This document shows positions 53,801 to 64,000 of a stretch of DNA of 64,000 nucleotides, in pieces. The stretch is from assembly GCA_002633005.1 (NCBI GenBank), contig NMRA01000565.1, forward strand, positions 193,682 through 257,681, written 5' to 3'. The stretch is from Phoronis australis. Taxonomy: Eukaryota; Animalia; Phoronida. The position numbers and the translations under genes were made by a program. Positions within the stretch are counted from its first letter, which is position 1. Each line of letters starts with the position of its first letter. The notes beneath the pieces are model-generated. The model was not told the DNA's origin, ran no database searches, and saw only the letters and a list, made by a program, of their open reading frames with translations.

Positions 53801-54583
53801 CCGTGTCATGAAATGTGGTCTTACGACTGTTTGTGAAAAATAATTTTAAAAGTCTCAATTTGGCAAAAGCGCAGTCTCTGAAAATAAACACATAACCGTT
53901 AAGTTACTGGGGGTATAGATTATAAATTGTTTTTTCACTGTGAGCGCTGATAATTGTTAGACTGAACGTTTTTTCATTATCTTTGAAGTGGGAGCCAAAG
54001 AACAAATTCTGTCTGAGTAGTTAGGTTCTGTATATTTTAAATTTCTACGCTTTGATTAGCATTTCAAACCTCCTTGGTTTAGTAAGGCCAAAAATCTTTT
54101 ACAGTTCAAGTCTGTAGTTGTTTTCAAAAGCGATGCGGTTTTTCGAACACAAAAACACACAAGACTTTTGTTATAGTTAAAGCTATTAAATAACTTAAAG
54201 AAGTCAACTTTCCACAAAATAACCCAAAAATGCGTTTTTAGCTAAAAACCAACTGTGAACTTTTGAAAACTAACATGGGTCCATGTGTGAAGCTGTTGAA
54301 AAATGTATGAAGACGTGCTTTTTTTCTTGTTTGTTTTTGAGATATCATGCGCAGCTTTAGAAGCATTCTATAGGAATTATGACAATATATTTTAGGCAAT
54401 CTTTGTAAAGGCATATCATATCATGTCAAAAATGTACAATTTTCATGTCTAAGCTCCTTCGACAAGAATGTCCTGCATCATCGACAAAGCCATTATTTCG
54501 AAGTATTTGACCACAGACAAGTCGGTTGAAAGAATGCGCATTCCCATTCCCACATGCTCCTTCGAAGTATTCTAAAAGTTCTA

Positions 54584-55716
54584 TTATTCTATGCCATAAC
54601 CTCGTACTCGCCCTAGGTTATCTTCTACACTTGCAGCATTCAGTTCGTTATACTCTTCATGTGAATCTACCGCGCTCTTTACCAGTTCTTCATCAACGGG
54701 AGGTTGTGTCAAATTGACGTAAGGTACGTCATCTGTTCGTTGATAAGCGTAAGCTTGTATGCCTGAGAAGGCGCCATCTTGACACTGACAATCGTCAATT
54801 CGCTCATGTTCACCCGTCTTCCTGACCTTTTTGTAGCGTAATTCTGAAAATATCCGGGTCTGAAGACGATTTTAGTGACAAAATCGTTTATTGGAATGGG
54901 GATTTGGAACACCTAAGCAAACCTATGCACACCCACCCCTGTAGGTTAACACGAACATTTCGCAACTCTTTGAAGCTGTACATTTATATTTCCTAGCCAA
55001 TTTCCTAACCTATTAGCCTGGATACCAAATCTCCAATAGTAAGCCTTCGTAGAGAGTTCATGTTTACTTTTCCTCTTTTTACTGCTAGAGTGTGCACTTG
55101 CCGTCCATGCTAGTCAAGCAGAGTCGCAATGTTTGCATCTAAAACTGAAGCTTACTTTCAATGACACACTGAAAAATACTTCAGAGCACGAGTATTTTGA
55201 AGACACTGTTTCAGCATTATTTTAGTTAAAATCTTCATAAAACAGATTTTAACGCAGGTTTGTTCAGTCGAAGCTAGTGCACATTCAAATATTTTCAAAG
55301 TTAACTGAATTTAACATGAGTTTGTAGTTTAATTTGCTTTTAGTTTTGCACTACTACCTAAAATAGCCTCTGGAGTAACGACTCATGTGTTATGGTTGCT
55401 TACTGGACTTCCGCCATACGCAATGGAAAATCTTTTTGAAACTAATAATAAAATACGGCAAGGCAGGGTCGAAAATTACCAAATGTTTATATTTTAGTGA
55501 CGCCTTCCGACTGACGAAATTCATCCTGTGTTGTAAATTGTTGAATATAGAGGAGATAATATCTTTAAAACAAACAAACTAACAAGTACCCAAACAAGAA
55601 AACCAATTACTAAATCTGAAAGCCAGCAAGCTTTGTCAGAAATAAAATTTCCAAAAAATAGAATATCTATTACCAGTTAGTTCCCTGAAACCAGTACTCA
55701 TTAATTCCATATCCAC
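54584..55716 (-). pseudogene. Second cytoplasmic-tail cassette (B), period 2
   Basis: Segments 55674-55716, 55010-55138 (TGG>TAG stop) and 54584-54843 (open, but YEEL>DEEL and a +1 shift that removes YEVM). Confidence 0.78.
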
Positions 55717-56634
55717 TTTCAAGTACAATTTCTTAAAATTAAGATGGTTCAATGAACGAACTTTTTAACTCACCATTTGAAAATTGTTGGAAACGCACTG
55801 AAATGGACTCATCTCTTTATCGGTAGCCATGAACAAAACCGTTGAAAAATGACCCCCCCTGACAAACTCTCAAACGTACGGCTAACACGTTTTCAACAGC
55901 AGCCATGGGTCATCTTCAATGTGAAAAGGTGGCCAATATAGGTTTTCACGGGGTTAAATATGTATTGTTTCACCGGCTCACTTCATGGCAACAATAGGGG
56001 AGTATGGCAATGAAACTTCAACGCCAGTCCTTTAACAATTCTACATGGACAGCCCACTTCGTAAATGAAATGACAACCCCTAGCTTGAAAAGTGACCTTG
56101 ATCGTGTGACATTGTGGAGCGCCATGGAGGTCACCCTTCAGTTATCGAGTTTCAGCTGATACGTCACCATATTAATTTTTGGCGTTCCTGTTATCATTTT
56201 GCAGTTCTCCTCCTCAATTTTCCTTTAGTGTCCCATTTTGAAGTAGCGCCCTCTAGGCGTGGAAGACGAAACTCCGTTCATCTCACTGCCAATGCTTGAC
56301 GGCAGGTCTGGTTAGTTATACAAAACCGATCCTGAAACCCCCTCGGGTATAGCTGTACCAGTGACAGGATTTCAATGCAAGTTTCGACAGACCAACGAAG
56401 CCATTTTACATTTGCCGCACTAAATATAGATGCTAGTAAAGAAAGACTCGGCGGAGTCACACCCGATCAAATGGCACAACGAAGCCATCAAGACTCTCGA
56501 ACAATCCGCCACTGGTTGCAGTGGTTTAAGTTTGATACTTGTTTCGTGATCGTCTTGTCGTCATGCCATGAAATCGGGGAGAGGCTACATGGAACAATAA
56601 AACATCTGGTAGGGGCCGGCAGTGCAGACGTGGG

Positions 56635-57955
56635 GTCATCAAGCGCAAACTCTATGACTGGTCTTACAAATGGAAGATGAAAAATGTGTTGATCTTATAT
56701 TTTCTACGTTCAAACAAATCCAATGCTGCAATTATCACTCAATGGGAAAGCTGTTCCCAGTAAGTTCACAAAAAACATCTTGGCTTGCTACTAGACCATA
56801 AGCTTACATTTACTCCTCATTGTCGCGAACTCGTTCATAAAGTACAAAAATTAATTAATCCAATTAGAATTGTCTCTCGTCATCTCAACTCCAGGCATCT
56901 TGAAAATCTTGTCAAGTCTTTTGTACTTCCACATCTAGATTACTGTGACATAATTTACCAATCGGCAAACGCTGGCATCCTTCTTCAATTAGAAAGACTA
57001 CAATACCAAGCAGCTTTATCCATAACAGGGGCATACAAAGGGTCCAACACAATCAAGGGTCTAAATAGTCTCAGCTGGAGCAAACTAGCAACCCGTCGTA
57101 AACTCCACCTGTCCATGTATACGTTCAAAGTCTTAACCAACATAAACAATTATTCAAACAAAATCCTCTTTGACTCCTACAAAAGACCAAACACGAGACC
57201 AGGTTTGTAGCAAAGTAATATGCACACTATTCCATCTTCCCTCAGTCAAGCCTTCAGGAGATCAACGATATTAACTTGTATTGACAACTGGAATTTCTTA
57301 CCATACAAAATAAAAGAAAGCACTTCAATTGTCACTCAAAAATAACATTAAAATGCATACCACAACTCAAGACTTGCCAGTCCCATTGACATCATTCCAA
57401 ATTCCTCGCAACCATAAAATAAACCTATACAGATCAAGATGCGGTCTATTCATAAACAACGAGAAATTTAAATATAATTTTAATAATATTTCGCCTCTGT
57501 GTTCCTGTGGAGACACCCAGTCAAATGCTCAAGTTTTCTTTGCTTGTGAGGTATGCAAGGAGTAGAGGGTAAAACTTTTCCGAACAATACCCCAATGTTT
57601 ACAAAAAATATTCTGAAATTCCACAATTGTACAATTTTTTTTCTATATGGATGTCAAGAACTAAACCCAAATGAAAGTACGGTTTTATTCGAAATAACAT
57701 CAAAATTTCTTTATAACATTAAATATCTTTGTGCGTGTGGATAGAAATGTATACATGTGTGTGAAAATTAATTTACATTCGTAATCATATATCATTGTAT
57801 TCTTGACATCATTTCTTTTAATTTATGTATTTGTGTGTAATAATTGTATAAAGACTTCTTTGTATTTTTCATCTCAGATATTATGCCTCTTGGCGCTTTC
57901 TGGGTTATTTATATTCATTGTATTCTGAAGATTTCGTAATAAACATTACTAAAAA
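56635..57955 (+). mobile_element. 5'-truncated CR1/L2-group LINE fragment
   Basis: KHLGLLLDHKLTF...FVLPHLDYCD...LERLQ...LSW..L..RR, followed by an AT-rich 3'UTR, aataaa and an A-rich end. Confidence 0.8.
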
Positions 57956-60355
57956 ATAATAAACACTTATTTTGAGTTGCACAGAAGTAGAACAGAAAGT
58001 GCCAAAAATAACTTTCTTACTGAAGATGGGTTTCATCCACTTTTCTTGCATTCAGGGATGGGTTAAGAAATTCGCCACGAGAACGAATATGATAAGATAC
58101 TATTCGACGTCCGACAGCCATATTTTTACGCCAAGATCAGTGGAAACATTTCACAAGAGAAATAGCGTCACCTATTGACAGGCGGTCAACATCCGTGCCG
58201 TTCACGAATTCCCTTTGTTTTGAGTCCACGAACGTTGTGGAGAAGCGAAGCACGTGAGTTTGCAATGAGACAAAATTCAACCAACAAGTAAATGGAGCTT
58301 TTATGCCTTTCGGAGGTGTGCAAAGATACACGAAGTATGAACCTGTGTTCACATTTAATGTAGTTGAACACTTTTGTGAGGTAGCCCCGCACGGGGTCCG
58401 TAGTCTCACATGAAAATGGAACGAAGACATTTGTACCTGTTGTGACATTTGGAAAGGCATGGAACGCGAAAGCTCGTCAAAATATGTATTAAACAATTCC
58501 TGAAGAAAGTACTATCTCGCAACGTCTAACCCTGAGTTATTCACTTTCCCCTGTGAAGACATTTCGAGAAAAATAAAAATATCCACTATTTTTAAAATAC
58601 TCGTTTAGGGAAAAATCTATAGTCACCACAGAGTTTCTAATCTGTTTCCCACTGACAAATGTGCGCATGTGCTTACAGTCATTCGATAAATAACTGACTG
58701 ACGAGATGGGTGTTTTAAATGACGGATTATGTGTGATTGCACTCCGACTTTGAGGTCGACAGCACGGTATGAGGCAAGGCAGTAAAGCAAGCGATTTCCC
58801 CAAAACAATTCCAATTGTATTTTAAAAAATACCTGAATACTACGATTCACTTATGACTAACTTTAAAGACTTGAGAATTGCAATAATTGCCGCTTTTACC
58901 GGACTTAACACTGCATTGAGTTGCAAGCGTTTTTTTCACATCAAAGGTATATACATAATATATGAGGGAATTACCTACGTCTATGTTTTACCAAATAAGG
59001 CGACGTGCTTTGCCTTGTGGGAGAAAATCGACGAAGTGACGAGAAGTTGACAGATCGTTCTTTTTTAAATTCGAAGCTAAACATCAACAGAAGTTCTTTT
59101 AGTTTACGAATGAACCTCAAAAATACCCAGTGAACAAGATGAAGTCTGTTTCAGTGCCAGAGGACCGCTTTGAATTATGCAACTGAATTTGAGTTTGGCG
59201 TTCCAGACCTCTTTAAGGAACCACTTAGCACTTATCCAATGATAGACCAAATAGATAATAATGCAAATATTTCAATTTGTTTTCCTCTATTGCACATACA
59301 ACTTCGCCAAGTTTACTTACTATGACAAATTTCAGATATACGGAGTTTGGCACTTGGTTGTGTAATTAAAACTACGGAAAAAGTGCTTGTGCAAAACAGC
59401 GGTTATGACCCGCACCTTGAGCACTACAGGTACTTTTGAAAGACGCCCTGGCCAACATATCTGTTATTTCTGACTAGTGCAAAGGACCATAGCAAACTTG
59501 TCTTATAGTGTATTTGTAAACAAGTGAAATGTTTCATGAATGCGATTACAAAAAACTATTTAATGCAACGTAAAATTTAAAATCGCGTCCAATCCACGAC
59601 TTTCTTTAATTTACTACACTGTTTCTAGGCACTTGTTCTGCATTCATCCGTCAGTTTACATACTCATCGGCATGGCAACAGATATATGAATGAGCCCAAA
59701 CCCAGGCCGAAAGCTTGGACGAATCCGCGAATATCGCTAAACATTCTTGTATATTTCTTTAACATGGAATATCTGTTTGGAAACCTTATTTTACACACAG
59801 GTATGAAAAATAAGAGCAACACCCCTCGAGTTTACTGAAAATGCTTTTGCTCTGAAAAAGAACACTGGACGGTGTCACTAAAGTGCAACTATTTTTGACA
59901 ATTTGTTATAAAATTACAAAAACATAAGGGATTTTCTCGTTTTGTAGTAACTTAGAAGTCTGTTCCATTCAGTCAAGAAATGCGTTTTCTGTCATAAAAT
60001 CGATGTCTCCTAAAAGTACACAGCACTATACATACATGTAAGCTATTCATTGAGAGTTAAGCGTTACTAAATTGGCGTCTACAGGCGCACAGATTACGTG
60101 GAATATGCAGCTAACTATCTGATATGAATGGCCAACATGATTTCGTAGACGGATACAGGGGAAGAGTTGCAAACTCCACATCATGATGCTGAAAATTTGA
60201 GAGGATTGAAGGACACACAATTTAGTGCAGCAATCGTTCCCGCGTATTGGAGGACAGTACAGACTTGGCCAAATCTCAGTTGAATCGCAGCGCCAACGTC
60301 TTCCTTGGTTCAACACAGATACAGTAGCATTGACTGAGTTAATGAGTATCTGCTA

Positions 60356-61688
60356 TCATCTTTGAGCAGGGCTCGTCATAAACTCGTACTCGCTTTCGTT
60401 ATCTTCTACACTTATACCGTCCAGTTTCTCATACTCTTCCTGTGAATACCCCTCCCCATTTTCCAGTCCTTCATAAACGGAGGCTTGTGTCACGTTGAAG
60501 TACGCCGGGTCCTCAAGTTGTAAATAGACAGGGGATTGCAATTCTGAGTAGGCTTCATTTTCTTGACCCTGCTCAGGTGGATTCACCGTCTTTATCTTTT
60601 CCAACATAATTCCATTGTGGCCGAGAGGCACTCCTGTCAAAGTATAGTGTTGTGTGTAGCGTATAATGGAATATTCCAAAATTTCACAATGAAACCAAAA
60701 CCAGGGCCCAGTCTCCAGAATCTTTTTACTCGAAATGGAACTCGAAATTAGGTTTGGCATTTTCTACTCTACTTTTGGGCGAACTCAAGATAAGTGTCTA
60801 TTATTCTATGCTCCAGTACACAATAACTTACGTATATAGTTTATTGCCCTTAGTTCACATTTTGTAAACCCAATATTAAAGCAGTAAGTTCGAGTTTGAA
60901 CTCGAAATTTCGAGTTTTTACTCGAGTTTGTAGCACGAATATAAGGGTCTTCAAGGGCAAACTTGAATTAGAAACTCCTATGCATAAACTATAATGTATT
61001 CGAGCACAGTCTGATTACCAATTGTCTTAAGTTCGCACAAAAGGAGCAAAGAAATTGCCGAAAATAGTTTCGAGTTCGTTTCGAGTACAAAGATTAGAGA
61101 CCGGGCCCAGAAATCCATTCTCTGAATATAGCTTGACTATGGTGGACGTTATACCGTTGCATTTTAGAAAGGTTGTTGTCTTAATTCAAACTTTACTTGT
61201 GTTCGGCAGTGTAAGATCTTTCGGTTACAGCACATTTGTGTTAAAGATAAAGCTATAATTAACATTTTACGGTTCGTAACGAAACTTTGGCACAAATTTA
61301 TAGAGTATTCTGTATAGTAATCGAAAAGATCACGCATATGGAAGTTTTTAGCGAGGTTTCGAAAACATAACTGATATGAGAGCGGCTGTGGTGAAAACAC
61401 TTACCTATTAGCCTTGATGCCAAGTCGTCAATGGAAAGTTCCTCCATAGAGTTTGTTGCAAGCTTTTCTTCGCCGACTCCTGGACGAGCAGGTCTACACA
61501 CTCGCAATCTCAATGACTCGAGCAAAGTACATGTAACAACGTCTTTATCTAAAATTGAGGTTTGATTTTGAATAAGGAATTAAAAGAAGCAAAAGACAAT
61601 TTTTAAGGAAGAAATAAAATTGAGAAAATGAAATGTAATTTTGCTTACCAGTTCTCCCGCATGCAGCACTTGCAAACTCCGTTTCAAC
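60356..61688 (-). CDS. IgSF receptor copy 3, last three cytoplasmic exons (5' part beyond right edge)
   Basis: Exons 61649-61688, 61405-61548 and 60356-60633 splice in frame. Tail reads EAYSEL..VYLQL..AYFNV..SVYEGL-x10-YEKL..SEYEFM. Confidence 0.78.
60705..61107. mobile_element. PIF/Harbinger-like MITE
   Basis: TIR ggcccagtctc/gagaccgggcc and 3-bp TSD cag. Absent at ~24452. Confidence 0.75.
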
Positions 61689-62577
61689 CTAAAAATACAA
61701 ATTTCCATATTAATTCTCGATCCAAAGATTCAGCTTTTCACAGTCGTTGCTGCACACTGAACTTGGACGAAATTGTTTCAGTTTTGCTTCCTTTATCTTC
61801 CTCAAGCGACGCTATAGCGACTCGGTTGCGCTTTGATATGCAACTACGTTGCAAGACCATCGCAGACGCGAGATTGAAAGTCTAGTGTGATGATTAGATA
61901 GTACAACCGTCTCAACCGGCCCCAGTAGTGACCATGGGAATCCCGCAGGGCCACCATACATGTACATGTATGTCGGCAGCGGCTTTACGAATTATGCATC
62001 ACACTGATGAAATCATCAACGACACGTTGGGGTCAGAACATTCAGTGCACAGAGAGGCACCTTAGGAATCCATTGATGTCTGTTTAAATATATCAGCGAA
62101 GTTAGATGAATTTTCAAGCTCCAAACCATGTATAGCAGGAACTCAACGACATCGCTACTTGAATATCATCTACGCTAAACAAAATGTAATTCTATCCATG
62201 GACAACTTGTAAGTTGAAAATAAAAAATTCTGCAAATAGGTGACCTTTCTACTAATGACGTATCTTGGACGCTCACATAACCCGCATCATACAATGTTAT
62301 TCTCCTCCACGATACTTACTGGACACAGTTGAGTGATTTACTGCAAAAAATTTTCCATATTAACTCGTACTTAAAAGCATTTGGAATTTTTCAACCTACT
62401 TCAAATAGTCACTATGTGTTGTGTTTCTAAATTATTTGACCAAGCAATCACAGGGATAAGGACATAGCGTGGAAGTCCCACTTTAAAATTCTTCTCAGCA
62501 GATCGGACATACTCCCACAATCGAATATTTGTTTAGTTCAGTTGCCCAAATCGGCAACTGGTCACGTTTACAGTAGG

Positions 62578-62817
62578 CATGCGCGCACCCAGGGGAGGGG
62601 GGGGTCGGGCCCCCCGATTTGGCGAAATGGGCAAAAAAGTCCGCCCCTGAGAGACAAAAAGTCCGAGAAACTGGGACAAAAGTCCATTTAATAAGCGCAA
62701 ACGCGCACTTCATAGTGGTGATCCCGTTTTTTTTAATCCGCCCGCTGTTTTGTTAGTAAAAAAGTCCACGACGTCAAGAATTCGAGCCCCCCATATTGAA
62801 GGCTGGGTGCGCGCATG
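62578..62817. mobile_element. MITE with 5-bp TSD
   Basis: TIR catgcgcgcacccag with gtagg on both sides. Absent in the paralogous region ~25640. Confidence 0.7.
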
Positions 62818-64000
62818 GTAGGCAACTGGACAAAGTGCTGTTCGAAAAAAGTTTGATTGCGTGAGTATTTGTTTGAGCAGGAATAGTTTATCAGTGGTCT
62901 CCTAAGATGTCCTCTAGGACTATGCAGTGCAAAAGGTTCTTATAGTAACATGACTTTGATGGTTTAACCAGTGTGAGGCATAATTCGTCGAAAACGATCC
63001 GACATATCGCGGCCCTGTGTGGCGATTACCGTCTTTAGTGGGGCCAGGTGAAACGACGGTACTGTCTAGTAAGATCACGTGCTTAACTTGAAAATTACGT
63101 GGCAATACCTCACGAAAGTTTGCATGAGCTTGAGTTTTCGAGTTCCTTGGGTCAACAAAACACAGCCCCGGTATCCACCACGCTCATTCGGTTCCATATT
63201 CGTAATTTTTCGCACGACGTTATATTGTGCACATATAAGCTTAGCTGACATGTAGGAATCAGTTTGCATGACAATGTCACACGGAAAGAGAAGAATTAAC
63301 TTTGGCGAATGAGCATAGTATCAACTGCCATCGTATTTACATGGGACGATTTAAACCTGGAACAACTGGCGCCCAAATTCAGTGTAATGAAAACGAGACA
63401 TCTTAAAATATTTTTTCAGGGTATGGGCAGGAATTGATCTCAAAATCAGCTTGACGCAAAGATAAAACAGTGATAAAACGTTCCAGTGCGGAAAATACCT
63501 TCACACTATGCAAAAGTACGCTGATCTTACAATGCTGTTTGCTTCCCTTCCATCGGTCCTCACCGCCCTGAAATGAGTATAACATTCTATTTTTTGCTTT
63601 AAATTGCCAGGGGAGGTCACGGATGTCACCTCTTTTCCTCCGGTCGCTATCGAACTCACGTTCCACCGTCCCTTAGTTGTCACCGATGTCACGCTGCCCC
63701 ATCCTGTCGCCACCAATTTCTGCGCTCTGGTATCCCCTATTTACTTCATACGCCAACACTGGCGTATTGATCTTACTTAGATCCGACCAGTCCCCCAAAA
63801 TGAAGAATGAGAACGGAAAAGGTTTGACGAAAACTTTAGGAACGACACTGGCAGTGACTGCCACGAATAGTAGTCGGTTGTTCATTGGAGTTGTTTTGAG
63901 TAGATAAAGTTCAGAAATTTAGTCTTTGCTCCTAAGAAGCCGAGGCTAAATTTCTACCTGGTTACAGACGTTGCATCTTCAAAGCACTACCTTGTTAAGT

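Larger units (their letters stand above)
26360..63569. repeat. Tandem duplication period 2 (~37.2 kb); a third period starts at ~63570
   Basis: Collinear with 1-26359. The extra length is mostly a ~14 kb insertion at ~32406-46640. Confidence 0.92.

Noticed and set aside
1-64000. Most 60-130 aa ORFs in the supplied track; any prokaryotic operon or defence system
   Set aside because: They are antisense or off-frame shadows of exons and transposons or chance ORFs. The sequence has spliceosomal introns and metazoan transposons.

Overview
Intron-rich animal (probably invertebrate) genomic DNA. The supplied ORF track uses TTG/GTG starts and ignores splicing, so I rebuilt the gene models by hand from GT-AG sites and copy-to-copy comparison. 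The window covers two full periods of a diverged tandem duplication (position 1 ~ 26360 ~ 63570). Each period holds a minus-strand type-I membrane immunoglobulin-superfamily receptor gene: signal peptide, V-like domain lacking the canonical disulfide, C2-type domain, third Ig domain, stalk, TM and short cytoplasmic exons. A terminal exon carries ITAM-like, YxN and ITIM-like or YxxM tyrosine motifs. Copy 2 (24088-50897) lies wholly inside the window; copy 1 lacks its 3' end and copy 3 its 5' end. Each period also has a second, diverged three-exon cytoplasmic-tail cassette, damaged at different sites in the two periods. The V domain is the most divergent domain between paralogs. The splice path from TM to tyrosine tail could not be resolved from sequence alone. 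The rest is mostly transposon-derived, including a nested Academ > MULE-like > LINE > Kolobok stack in one intron.
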